A DNA stretch of 62,215 bases, filler included, from Sphacelaria rigidula (lineage: Eukaryota): NCBI GenBank assembly GCA_964200075.2. It is 4 parts of 4 records of this genome, joined end to end, with 100 filler letters (N's around TTAATTAATTAA, not from the genome) between each part and the next. Parts side by side here need not be neighbours in the genome. Positions count along the whole stretch, not along the records: positions 1 to 15,481 come from CAXNAA020001728.1; positions 15,582 to 31,060 come from CAXNAA020001729.1; 2 more parts are not named here. One strand, given 5' to 3'. The position numbers were made by a program, and so were the translations under genes. This document shows, piece by piece, positions 12,325 through 24,329 of the stretch (position 1 is its first letter; the number at the start of each line of letters is the position of its first letter). Below the pieces are notes generated by a model that was not told where the DNA came from, did no database searches, and saw only the letters and a list, made by a program, of their open reading frames with translations.

Positions 12325-13262
12325 GGTCCCACCCACTGGGCGACTGCACGGCTGAATGGCGCAAACAAGCGGTTGGTGTTGAACGGTAGCCCCAGGCACG
12401 TCAAGGTAATGAAAAGTATAGAATTTGATCGTGACCTTCACCGTTTGGGGTGAGGGTGCATGCGTGACACGACCAAGTATTGCTCCATTACCAACCAGTG
12501 ACTGGATCAAGGTGCCAAAGCTGTGTAGACGACAAAGTGTATCTTCGTCCGCAGTTCGTTGCGCGGGGCCTATCGCCACCCCGAACAATACTCCGCGAGT
12601 GACGTGATTCTTGAAAGCCATGATTTGCCTCAGGTTCAAATCCCGCGCTTGTCTGATGAGTTCGACGCCCCCTCTTCCCCCTGCTCCACGCATCATCGTG
12701 CCCTGTGCCGCCGTTTGTATGACTGAACCAGACGCCTTCTGATGCGTGTCTCCGTGAGGTGTGCTAGTGTTCCGTCTACATTCTATCGCCGTCGATTCGA
12801 TGTATGATAACACCAGCGACCAAGTGAGGGGAGATGCAGTGGGTAAGTCGGGGGGGGGGGGGGGGGTTGTTTCGTATAGGAACAGCAACAGACATGAGGA
12901 CGGAAGTTCGGATGGGTAGGGTGATCCGTGCTGGGCAGGAAAAGGGTGTGGACTACCTCGGTGCCTACCCGTACACCGAACCAGCGATAACGATGGACTT
13001 TCTTGAGGGCAGATTCTCATAACGCGGGGAAGTGGAGCACAACCTCCTCGGCGCTTGAACGTGCTGTACGGGAGCCAGAAACGCCGAAGTACACACCCAG
13101 GATTCCTGCCTGTTCCCTGGGGTAAAAAAACAAAAACAAAGGAAATGTACAGTGATACATCGAAGCGCATGGGTGTGAGAAGATAAAGTAGGCGGCTGAA
13201 CAGGCGTGGAGAGAGGCCGTGTGTCGTTGACGGCGGTTGCGGGTTACACGGGTACTATTGAT

Positions 13263-13616
13263 GACACTTTTTACGATAGCCGCTCCCCCCCCCCCCCAAG
13301 GAGTGCCGGGTTTGGGGAGGCANNNNNNNNNNGGTTTCACCGGTCTCTTTTTCGCCCCCTTTTTCCCCCACCCCCCCCCCCCCCCCCCCCCAAGGAGTGC
13401 CGGGTTTGGGGAGGCAACATCTTTACGTAAATCGAAATGTAAAAAGCCGAGCACAACGAGCAGCTGGGAACTTCCACGCTTGGGTTTATCCCCGCCAATG
13501 TCGCCCATATGAGGCGATTCATGCAGCCTGAGCCCAAACATCAGGCGCTGTATGATCATATTCTTCGTGGCAGTTTTGGGCTGGTTTTTCTGGGGGGGGC
13601 TATCGTATAAAGTGTC
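13263..13616. mobile_element. Sola-like MITE family 1 (contains a 10-N gap and a probably artefactual duplication)
   Basis: TIR GACACTTTTTACGATAGCC/GGCTATCGTATAAAGTGTC; perfect 4-bp TSD TGAT; inverted copy at 43299-43554. Confidence 0.85.
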
Positions 13617-13807
13617 TGATGCGGTGTGCATGAGGGTAGGTGCGGCTTCGATGTGGTGAGTCTTCGCTCCGAATCGGCCATGGCGTCGCGGTCGTGATGG
13701 GGAGCGGGGCGGCTAGGGGAGACTCGGGTGATATGTTGCGTGTGATGATGAACGCGATGAATGGGCTGGAAGGTCGAGTTTTGGAATAACAATCAGAAGG
13801 GCGCCGC

Positions 13808-13890
13808 GCCCCGATGGTGTAATGGTATAGTGTAAGTGACACCATCAGGGAGAAGAGAACGCAGGTTCAATTCCCGCCAGATGTTTGTTT
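13808..13890 (+). mobile_element. tRNA-derived SINE-like head
   Basis: A-box TGGTGTAATGG and B-box GGTTCAATTCC without a proper cloverleaf; relatives at 26907-26990 (+) and 38650-38740 (-). Confidence 0.5.
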
Positions 13891-14702
13891 TTTTGCACAG
13901 TGGTACTAGTATCTCATTTACGTCGTTGAAAGCGTCAGTACATGACCAGCGAAAAGAGTTGACTGAATTTCCTGGACGAGTCGACGCAGTGCGGGAGAGC
14001 TGGTAGTCATGATCCAGTCCGCTCGACCAAAATGCGAGGCATGTGCTAGGGAGAGATGAATCGATCCCTTGAGACTACGGACTCATCCCGAGGAAGAGGA
14101 GGAGATAAAAAAGTGTGGCGAAATGTAACGAAAGTAATGGTGGAGCAACCGGTACGCAGAGCAAAATTGATGCGAGGTGCTCTTGTTATCGGGCAAGACG
14201 CCATCGTCCATCCTCTGGAATACATGCATCAGCTTATCTGTGCAGTGCAGTGTGGATCGTGTTCGTGGTGGGAAAGGGAGATGAGCTACAGAGGAACTAT
14301 CAAACGCAAAAACACAATCCAAGTGCGAACATACAGTAGTGGTAAATACGAAAGAGCACAGAGGTAGAAGTGCATCATGTTACGAGAAAAAAAACATACA
14401 AAAAACACAGTAAACGAGAGGGGTGTAAGAAAGAAATTTAGTGAGTGCAAAACGACGAGGGGTGGGGAGACATGTAGAGAGAGGTAAAAGAGACAGCGGT
14501 CCCACTGTATGGTAGGTTCTTCCCGCCAAGGGACGGTGACGGGTTACACTGGTCGCAGGGGACGCTTCTCCGTGTAGCTTGGACTGCATCTTACGTTGAC
14601 CTTGCGGCCCATGGTGTTGTCAGTTGATAATGGCACTGGTCCGTGAGAGGTGCAGCGAAGGGTTCGTGTGGAATCGATCGTTTTACTCGAAGCGGGCTTG
14701 CG

Positions 14703-14783
14703 GTCGAGTATTCCGACTTGCCAGAGACGGTCGAGAGTTCCGACTTGCCGGAGACGGTCGAGAATTCCGACTTGCCGGAGACG
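14703..14783. repeat. 27-bp tandem repeat x3
   Basis: GTCGAG(T/A)(A/G)TTCCGACTTGCC(A/G)GAGACG units, each with a GTCG..CGAC mini-hairpin. Confidence 0.9.
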
Positions 14784-15481
14784 TACCAACCGACGACGGG
14801 CTGTGATGACGTAGAATAAGGTGACGACAACTCCACAGCAAAAAGGGTACATGTTGGAGGCTGGTTCGCGGATACCGCACACACCTGCGTACGAGACGGG
14901 GTTACTGGTAGTATTGGCGGGGGCCACTTGCTTGGGCTTTACTGACGTTACTTAGCGGCTGTTCGTAGGTGTGGGAGTTGGTGTCATCCTCTTTTGAGGG
15001 TATGTATGCAGAATTTCATGGAGTATGAGGAAAACGGGCAATGGGGCCTACATGAATTATCAAACGTAACACGTACGAAATAATGGCAAACACGGAAAAG
15101 CACGTAAGTAAAAGTGCACCATGTTGCGAGATTACAAACACATGAGAAATGGTGCACGAGGGGGGGGGGGGGTAAGATAGCAAGTCAGTGAGTGCAAAGC
15201 GGTGAAGGATGGGGAGAAATGCAGAGAGAGGAAAGGAGACAGCGGTGTCGTGGTACCATGCTGCGAGACACACACACACAAGAAACCGTACATAAGGGAG
15301 GGGCAAAATAGCAAGACGATGCATACAAACCGGGAGGGATTGGGAGGAGTGTAGAGAAAATGTAGAGTCATACCATTGTACCATGTGGCGAGAAAAGCGC
15401 CGGGGGGGGGGGGGGGGGGGGCAGCCGATTGTATTCTCCTTTTGTGGCTGTGTGCGGCCAGCCACCCCCCCTCGCCTCAAC

Positions 15482-15581
15482 NNNNNNNNNNNNNNNNNNN
15501 NNNNNNNNNNNNNNNNNNNNNNNNNTTAATTAATTAANNNNNNNNNNNNNNNNNNNNNNNNNNNNNNNNNNNNNNNNNNNN
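15482..15581. other. Artificial contig linker N44-TTAATTAATTAA-N44
   Basis: Six-frame stop spacer, identical at three sites. Confidence 0.97.
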
Positions 15582-15876
15582 GGTGGGCCCCGCCAAAGGG
15601 GGGGTTCGGGCGGACGGCGCCCTAGTAGGTGAACAAAAAAAAAGGGTTACCCCCCCCCCCCCCCCCCCCCGGTTGTAGCATGACTCCTCCCTCCTCACGA
15701 CTGTACGTGGCTGCTCGGGGTGCCACCATGTTGATAATATTGACGTCGATGCGTTTTGCCCCATCGCGGTACTTTCACCCTGCCACACGCCGTACAAGGC
15801 AAACAAAAAGCTCGTGCACCTCACCGCCAAAAGTGTCACGCCAACAGATATCGAATCGGCCTCCGAAGGCACCTAC

Positions 15877-15967
15877 CGAAAATATCGAGCACCCCGATGA
15901 AGGGCAGGCTGTCTTCTCCCTTGCCCAGCGACGTGTTGATCACCTTCACGATCCACAGGAACATAGC
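15877..15967 (-). CDS. Myosin exon with switch II ([10 protein letters not shown]...FIGVLDIF)
   Basis: acag|...g|gtaggt, phase 0/1. Confidence 0.92.
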
Positions 15968-18900
15968 CTGTACAAAAACGATGAGGAAACAAGATTCTAA
16001 TGTAAGACAGTACGAAGGAAAACCCTGAGCAAAGAGAGGAACATGGCAGACCCTTTGCTTCCCCAGTAACCACAAAAGGGTCCCATGAGGGTACTAAACA
16101 TCATGCCTGTATTCCTAGGTAATCCATGTCTTACCGATAGTGAGCAAAGCCGACGCTGCAAATAGGCCATCCCTACAGTATCATCACACGATATGCCTAA
16201 AACGTTTCCTGGAAGCAGAAAGTGTTTCTTCATGACGAAACAACCCCGATCATGCCGCAGAGCTGGAACCGTTGCGCCTGCTTGGACGCTGTAGTACTTT
16301 AGACACGTGTCCCTCACTGAAGTCCAAAGTTTGGAGCAAAACAAGATGATGACAAAGGACGGTTGCAAAATAACCTACCTCGTAGAGAGACTTGACGATG
16401 GCATCGCGAGTGAAGCTAGCATCCTGCACGCTAAGCTGCTTGGTGAAAATCTCCCCCCTAGTCGTGACGACTCGCTGTGTCAGCATCGCCTCCATGACCA
16501 CCTCCTCCACACCCAGCAACTCAGCTAGCGTCGCCAAAGCCTGCCAGACAAGGAATATCACAGCAAGACCGTAACTCAAGCACGTTTTCAGTCTTTTGAG
16601 TTTTCGTGCACATTGTGTGCGGATGTTTCTGCAACACTCTGCGGAGGACCTGAGTCGGCCATTGGTGTGAAACAAAGCAAGCGCTGCCTGTGTCCAAGCG
16701 GTAGTGCGGGTTGACAGCCGAAATAGATACCCTGCCACCGTACGGACACGTACCGCACGGTCTGCTACGGAAGCCACCTCTCCTTGTTCGTGATCTATGG
16801 TGTCGAAGCGAAGGTTGGACAAGTGTAGCACAGACGCCGCAATGTGCCAAACCTGACCGAGGCAAGCACACAAGAGGATCAGTCTCCGAGGGGTAACGGG
16901 CAACATCAAGCAGATAAGTGTCAACCTTAGCAGACTGCCGTCTGATATTGAGCGGACACGTGTCTGTGCGTCATCGGCAACGGAACAGCCAGCAGTGCTC
17001 CACAGCGTCATTGCCTTCAGACAAGTATTCTACACCAAACGTACAGAAGGCTAGCTGATCGGCGCCCCTTCTCTTGAGTATGATGGAGGGGCAGGCAATC
17101 CCTGTTGACGACCCTATCCCGCACACCCTGATACGCTGGCGAGCGCAAAGCAGAAAGGCATCCATTTCTCTCCTCTATGCAGGACTTTTTTCTTGCCTGC
17201 ATTTGCTTGTTGGGCTCGATCCCGATGGTGCCGAACGCCTTGTTAACGCCTCGAAACTGCTCAGCGTCGTCCACACCGTCCAAACTGATGCATCCTCCCT
17301 GAGATAGGATTTTATAGTTTTCCGCGCTCTCGAGCTTTGTGTATGAACAATCACGCGGCGGAGAGCGGGAGCATAGTGAAGGGGAAACCAGTAACGATCA
17401 GGGGTCCTGCGCAGCTGCGGTGACCGTGCGGTATGAAACGTTGCACATTTTTCAAGGGGGTTAGCCGCGTGTATCCCCTATTTTACTATATGGCTTGGTC
17501 GCGGCGGGTGGCCAGGGCGTAGCGAGGGTGCTGAGGGGCAATGTGGGGCAAGTATTGTGGAGTACATTGGATTGTACAGTACGCCTGTGACAAATGCAAG
17601 CGGTCCTCCCAGCAGAGAGACACCTGGATTTCGCTGGTATAAGTTATCTGCAAGTTCGATCGGGTGGGGGGGCGCAACACCGCGAGCTTCTCCTTCGATA
17701 AACATGTGTATTACCTTCAGTTTATCGCCGAGATCGGTACCAGCTGAGCCTGCGACGAGCTCGTAGAGGACGTGGAAGTTCCTCTCACCCTGCACGTCAT
17801 CATGCCATGCATGTCAAAAACGCAGGGTATCACACGTTTTATCCATACCACTTCAGTGCTTACTTTTTCGCCAAAATTCAGGTGAACAGCAACTACTGCA
17901 GATCATGGAATAACCGCGTGTGCGACAGCTGAATGAACCTGGCACATGGCAATACCGGCGTGCCCGTTGGCGAGAATCAAGGATGATATATTTGACGCTC
18001 CGGTATTGCTGAAGAGCCTATGGCACGCGTCTTCAAATATGTACCCAGCGCGGGCAGTGCTCACTCACTACACGCAGCATATTAGGTATGGTCATCACAG
18101 CATTCAACACTCAGTGCTGCCTTGGTTGCAGAAACAAGTACTTAATTACTCTCTCTCAAGCGTGCGGTAGTTCGAGCATATCTTTGCACAGATGAAGAGA
18201 CACACAAAGATATCACCTGCCCTTGCGCCAGAACACGGCTCTTCTCCAGAAGGTAAGTATCATTGAAAGCGCCGACCAGACGGTACTTATCCCGGGTAAA
18301 CTGAAGTTTCAAGAACTTCCCGAACCGCGAGGAGTTGTTGTTCCGCAAGGTTTTGGCGTTACCAAAAGATTCGAGGATCGGGTTAGAGTCAACGACCTTC
18401 TGGTCCAACCCGGAAACACCGTCCACAGAGCGTCGCGTCAAGAACCTGTAACGTGTAGAAGGAAAAGTGAGATAAGTGACGGCTCCGTCCTCGAACAGAG
18501 ATGAAACAGGCGAACGTACGTGCAAGAATTGATTGCAACAGCTCCGGATGGGGCTAAGGGGATTAGGCTGAACGGAGACTCGTAATGCTATCAGTATCCC
18601 CATAACTGAAATGCATCCAGGCGCGTCTCATCCTACGGTGATCTGTGCTGAGCCGACATGACTCAATCATCATGCGCCAGAGAGGGCAAAGGTCGCCTGA
18701 CGCTGCATACGACACAGATATTGCGAGATGGATTTGTGTATGTGTCCCACGTCACGCTGCAGTAGTTACGCAGGCCTTCGTATCAGACCCGTTCGTGGTT
18801 TCAAGTCCACCTGATCTACCTGTCTCTGTGCTCGCTGACCTTAGCATTATCTTCGACGTCTCGGTCTTCCCAGCACCTGACTCCCCGGACACCACGATAG

Positions 18901-20283
18901 ACTGGTTCGATACTTTGCGGTTTCTTCCCAAGCGCATCTGATGATAAGCGAGCTGTGGTGTTCCACGCACGACGGCATTTGTGTATATGCGCGTGTTCAG
19001 ACCTTTGTCTTCTCCATGTAACATATACAAGCCCCCATTCGAGGCCCAATCTCGTGGACATTAAATTTTCTAGTTTTTAAACATTCAACATCAGGATTGC
19101 TCCAAAACAGTAATTGTCTTCATCATGTGTCCTAATTTTCCTTGCGATGCTTTGAATCGCTCCCCTTCCTCGGGGCGAGTCCATAGTGTCAAGGAATCAA
19201 CAAAATTCTCGCCTGGTACACGCCTCACAGTACGATACTCTTGGACATGGTGACCTCCCTGAGAGGAGTGTAGACTACTTGTCTCATTCCTCAGACTCCA
19301 AGGTTTCGGAAAAACAGTCATCTAAGGAGAATCATACTGGAAAACAACAATGCAAGGATGTGAAGGAAAAAAATAAAATTCACTACAGAAGCACAACACA
19401 GTTTTTTTATTTCTAGAAGAACTTTTGACTAATGGCTATTGTCGAAACCTTAGAGTCTGAAGATTGAGATCAATGAAAACTAGATTCCTCTCCGTGAGGT
19501 GACGCATGGTTAGTTCTCAAGACACGTGGTGGTGGTATATCCTGTTATGGCGCCAAAAAGTGGTGTCAAATATGCCTCGAAAAACATTGAACAAAAATAA
19601 GTAACTTCAATCCTTACAAGATGCTACCTTCTTAGTATATTTGGCAAGCAATCTCAAGACGAGGGTCATTCACCAGGAGGAAGGCTAGAGAAGATATTCC
19701 TAAGAATGCCGTCAGCCCATTGCCTTTCGCCGTTCTTACACGCGCTTGCTTCCACTCTTTGGTCTCCCGCTATCCTGCCGTATGCATCGGCGTGCACTGT
19801 TCGTGCAGTGTAGAAATGCATAGGTTGGTGACGTCTTACCTCGGCAATGGCGTAGGGATGAGGAGCCTCAGGGTTTAGAGCCTTGTCCATGTACTCGCTC
19901 ATTTCCGGATTGGGCACTGGCTGAAGCGGGTTAACGGCGATAAGGATAGTCCCCTGACATGACGGGTGAGAACGCAAATCGAGTAAAAGGAAATATGGTA
20001 AGCAAGAGCAGGAGAAATATGGGCATAGATTGCATCGCGAATGACTTGTCATCTGTCCGTCCGCCTACGAAGACAACGCGAAAGACAATGATGTCGGCTT
20101 ATTCACGATTTCATCATATCGCGCATTTTGCCCTCCGGCACTTACCATGAAGGTGTACGGATGCTGGTTTCGGACTTTAGCCCTCTCGCACAAATTGTGC
20201 AATAGCGCCGGCTCGTGGATGTGGTGAAGGGCCGTCATGTCCGAGACTACCTTGGGATTTTGTGGGAACGTCTCAGTGAAGCC
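15877..20283 (-). CDS. Myosin heavy chain, N-terminal half of the motor domain (9 exons; 3' part cut off at the contig end, first exon not found)
   Basis: Phase-consistent, stop-free exons encode [27 protein letters not shown]-loop GESGAGKT, switch [26 protein letters not shown] and switch [10 protein letters not shown]. Confidence 0.95.
16379..16540 (-). CDS. Myosin exon (AELLGV...[10 protein letters not shown])
   Basis: gcag|...|gtaggt, 54 codons. Confidence 0.9.
16754..16852 (-). CDS. Myosin exon ([16 protein letters not shown])
   Basis: tcag|...|gtacgt, 33 codons. Confidence 0.88.
17197..17334 (-). CDS. Myosin exon ([14 protein letters not shown]...GVDDAEQF...), GC donor
   Basis: aaag|...cag|gcaaga, 46 codons. 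Confidence 0.85.
17715..17789 (-). CDS. Myosin exon ([14 protein letters not shown])
   Basis: gcag|...|gtaat, 25 codons. Confidence 0.9.
18217..18445 (-). CDS. Myosin exon with switch I ([25 protein letters not shown]...LLEKSRV)
   Basis: tacag|...|gtgat, phase 2/0. Confidence 0.95.
18840..18952 (-). CDS. Myosin exon with P-loop ([16 protein letters not shown])
   Basis: cag|...|gtcag, phase 0/2. Confidence 0.93.
19080..19660. mobile_element. Degenerate foldback element in a myosin intron
   Basis: Inverted arms such as TCAGACTCCAAGGTTTCG / CGAAACCTTAGAGTCTGA; ends approximate. Confidence 0.55.
19840..19953 (-). CDS. Myosin exon (GTILIAVNP...PHPYAIAE)
   Basis: cag|...|gtaag, 38 codons. Confidence 0.92.
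20146..20283 (-). CDS. Myosin exon (GFTETFPQN...HEPALLHNL...PYTFM)
   Basis: cag|...|gtaag, 46 codons. Confidence 0.9.
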
Positions 20284-20759
20284 CTGGGCATTTCACGTAG
20301 ATCGCGGCGACAACAACACACAGCACGCGAAACGTTGCGACGGGGTCAGCGCAGTTAGTCGTGTTCACAAATGGGGGTTGGGGGGTAGCCGCTTGAGATC
20401 GAACGTTCGAACGCACAAGTGCCAAAGGGAGGTAGCGCTGTTGTAGCATCTATGGGTCAAGTGGCCACGTCGTTAGGTGTTGCTCGTGCCATGCGAGTGC
20501 TCATGACTGAGACGATAAGAACGCGTGCGTAGCCGGCTTGTGGGGAGAGCTCGCTGCGTCGCTTGCATTGCAACAATTGGCTGGCCGACGTCCACCGATG
20601 AAGACAGCGACTCCCGCTCAATCTCTGGATAACTGCAAGCGCAGTGTCTTCGGCAGGCGGGGGAAGTGTGCAGAAAAGCGTCCATGAATCGCCAACTCGA
20701 CACAATATTATCGGCAGTCGTAAGGCGACCGACGTTACCGATTCGAACACGCCGCTTCT

Positions 20760-22951
20760 CTGGGGAAACTTCATAAACGTGCCAAAAACAGGTCCACCAT
20801 CGGTCGCGAGGAAGTTTACCGAAGCCATCCTCGAACCAGCGCAGATAGTATTCGCGGAAGCAACACGGGTACCATCTATGCCGGACTAGGATGAAAACCC
20901 TGAAACAAGAGCAGCAGTAGAGGCAGCTCTTGCCAAACGATGGGAGGCACGCCTACTGATGAAGCACAACTGGACCTCGGCAACGTGGATAAGCACTCAG
21001 AGCCTCGTATAAGGGGGTGCATACAACAATAGACAACGGTCCATGCCCATCTGGAGAGGTACGAACGTGACGAAACTACAAGTGATCTACACGAATCGCG
21101 ACATGAGGGGCCTGTACAAGCACCTCAAGGGATAGATGAGCCTCTGCGGGAGGGAACCGGGGGTCAGCAGTTGGTCAAGGACCAGGACGCCATTCTGCTG
21201 AGGAACAAAGCAGGTACCCTACCACGGTCGACGAGGTTCTTCGGCACCCTGCTCAACGCCAAACCGCCCACGCCGAACTCAGCCATGATGGAGGGGGTAA
21301 AGCGACGACCGACAGGACCATCCACTAGAGATTCGGTACCACTTGGGCCAGTACCGACGCTGGAGGAGACCACACGCGCAGTCCGGGGGATGCACAACTG
21401 GGCGGCGCCGGGACACGACCCCTCACTTAGAGCTACTCGAGATCTAGCTTTGCCGAATCCTTTGTTCTCGAACGTTCTCATGCCATCTCGTAGATATGTG
21501 GAACGGAGGGGAGGTCCTGCGGGAGTAGAAAGGCGCGACCATCAAAGTGCTCAACAAGAAATCGGGCCGATCGAACCGCAACAACTGTAGGGGAATCTCA
21601 CCGCTCTCTCACGCGGGCAAGGTGGTCCTGAATATTGTGGCCAACGGCCTCAGCGACGACTGCGAAGTCCACGGGACTCTACTACCTGAGGAAAATTTCG
21701 GTTTCCGGCCTGATCGATCCACTATCGACAAGCTGTTCGCAGTGCACCGACTCCAGGAGCTGGGGCGGCGGCGGACAATACCGCTGTACATGTGCTTCGT
21801 CGACCTCCAGACGACTTACGATTCGGTCGGTCGAGAGCCTCTGTGGAAGGTGCCGGCCCGACCTGGTGTTCCAGATGAGATGATCCCAGTTATCCGTCAA
21901 TTCTACGACGGCATGCCGGCCCGGGTGCGTATGAACGATGGGGAGCTCTAGGAATGTTTCGAGGTGACACCGGGACTGCGGCAAGGATGTGTGCTGTTTC
22001 CGCTGCTCTACAACATTTTCTTTGTAGTAGCGCTCGAGCTCTTCCTCGTGCGATTGATTCAGCGAGGACGACGTGATCCTCAAGGACACGGTATACCTCG
22101 AGGTGGAGACGGAGAGGGGGGATACAACTGCAACGCGTGCGGAGAGCGGTATGGGAACTCCTGTATGCTGACGACGCCGGCGTCGTTTCGTGATCCCCCG
22201 ACGGCCTAGCGAGGATGATGACCGTTATCGCAGACATGTTTAGGGTCTTTGGAATGACGGTGTTGGAGAGGAAGGTAGAAACTATTTTGATGCGAGTACC
22301 GTATCGGAGGAACCACCGTTGCCAACATCACCACCTCCCTCTCCCCGGCCACTGGTCATCGGAGCAGCGGGCCAGAAGTACGAACAGACTGTCCAGTTCC
22401 GATAGTTGGCCGGTCTCATCAACGATGGAGCTTACACAAGAGATTAATCACCTGAGTAGAGCAGCGTGGGCGTGAATCAGGAAGTTATCCCGCAAAGTCT
22501 TCGACCGACGGAGAGCACCGTGGAGACTCAAGGTTCGACTGCTGGAAGCGGAGGCGATGGAGGCTCTACTGTACGGGTGCATGACGTGGGCCCCGCGCCG
22601 CGAGCACTACCGGTTGCTGAGAAGGATACACCACCAGCTGCTTCTGCCGGATCGGGTACCACCGCGTGCATGGCGCCTACCGACAGCTTTGGAATGCTCA
22701 GGTCCTCAAGAAGATCGGATGCCGGAGTGCGGAAGATATCGTACCGCAACGGTGACTGCTGTGTGCGGGAGCCCTGGCTAGACAATCGGACGGACGACTC
22801 CCGAAGTAACTGGCGTTCGGAAAACTCGTGGGGGGGGGGGGGGGGGATACCCCGGAAAATTTGTCCGGAGAAGCATAAGCTACGATCCCTGGAGAGAGTT
22901 TTCCCGGGCCCGGGAGCNNNNNNNNNNGGGGGGGGGGGGGGGGCCGGGGAG

Positions 22952-23018
<67 letters not shown>

Positions 23019-24250
23019 TTACCCGGAAAGATTGTCCGGAGAAGCATTAGCTGAAGTTCCTGAGTGACGATTTCCCGGAGTCCGGAGCCACAGACGGTTC
23101 TGCCGAGGACAACCGACGAACGTTCGCAATTGCCAGCGTCCTTTAGGCTACAGCGACGAAAAAGGTGGAGGGGATGCCGTGGCACGTGGGGGTGCTGCGC
23201 GGAGCGGATAGGTTCATGACCTCATGGCACAACAACGCAGAGGCCAGCCGACTACGCGCCAGTAAACGGGACAGCAAGGAACTCAGCAGAGACAACGACT
23301 AAGCGCGCGGGGGAGAGGGGCGCATACTCATGTGTTGCTTGCCTTGGGAATTTGACCATTGACCACCCTTCGAAGGGGGGGGGCGATAAAGAGGGAATAC
23401 GCGTGAAAAGGTCCAAACAAAGCATACAAATGCGGTCGAGGAGAGTCAAGGGGAGATGCCAGAGCGTGTAGCCAGATCTATACCGGACTGAATGTGGCGG
23501 AGGTGGCAAGAATATCCACCACCACCCCTGTGTCTTTCTTTTTCTGGTCTTTCCTATATTCCATTGCACCCTTCCCCCGGTGTGGTATATTGCTATGTGG
23601 TGTTACTTGTCATGACTAATATATTCGCACATATGGCTGTTCTCCAAGTGTGTGCATACGGCGGGGGTGTGCCTGGCCGGTGAAAACCCGACATGGAGTA
23701 CTCCAGCATGATGTGGATGTGGGATACCCTGCGTTTGCCTTGGAATGGAGTATAAAAGTGACATGTGAGTCTTCATTTTGAAACCCCATACATGTTTAGA
23801 TATGTGTTCGGAAAGGGTAAGGCCCGCGTGAACCCGGTGGGTAAGTCGCCCCGGCCTAGTCGGGATTCAAGAATAGAACCAGGCGATTATTTTCGTCTCG
23901 GTTGGTGATCTATAATAGGGTCCTTGATGTTGGTTATTTTTATACGGGTCCGCGTGTCGAGTGGGAGCAATGGGCACCATTTCCTTTAGTCCGAATAGTT
24001 GCCTGCAGCATGTGATAATCTGGGTTTAATACTATATATTATTTTATTGTGTCGCGTCTGTGTTAATTATCCTGGGTCCTGCTCTATTTTTTTCTGCGAT
24101 TCCATTACAAGGATTTGATTTCCTTATACGCTATTTTGGGTAGTCAGCCTGTGACCAAGGAAGGCGTCAGCATCAGATGCCCAGAGTTGGTGTTAGAGGG
24201 TACTGCGAAGACAACAACAATAACAACAACAACAACAATAGCAGCAACTG
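20760..24250 (+). mobile_element. RTE-type LINE, 5'-truncated and decayed (copy 1)
   Basis: Frameshifted RT (FGFRPDRS, CFVDL, GLRQGCVL, LYADD), C-terminal ALLYGC motif, 3' UTR ending in a (CAA)n tail at ~24210-24245. Confidence 0.88.
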
Positions 24251-24329
24251 CTCGTAAACCTGAGAGCGCCACTGCCCCTGCGAATGAACAACGTAAAGCT
24301 TGAGTCGTGGCTGTTTATCAGCTGACCAA

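Noticed and set aside
13808..13884. Functional tRNA gene
   Set aside because: A/B boxes present but acceptor and anticodon stems do not form; related degenerate copies indicate a SINE-like repeat
15526..15537. TTAATTAATTAA as a biological motif
   Set aside because: Centred in fixed-length N runs at three sites; an assembly linker with stops in all six frames
22828..23055. Long poly-G tract, poly-Gly/Pro ORFs and a local duplication
   Set aside because: Adjacent to a 10-N gap with duplicated flanks; typical sequencing/scaffolding artefact (same pattern at 13284-13412)
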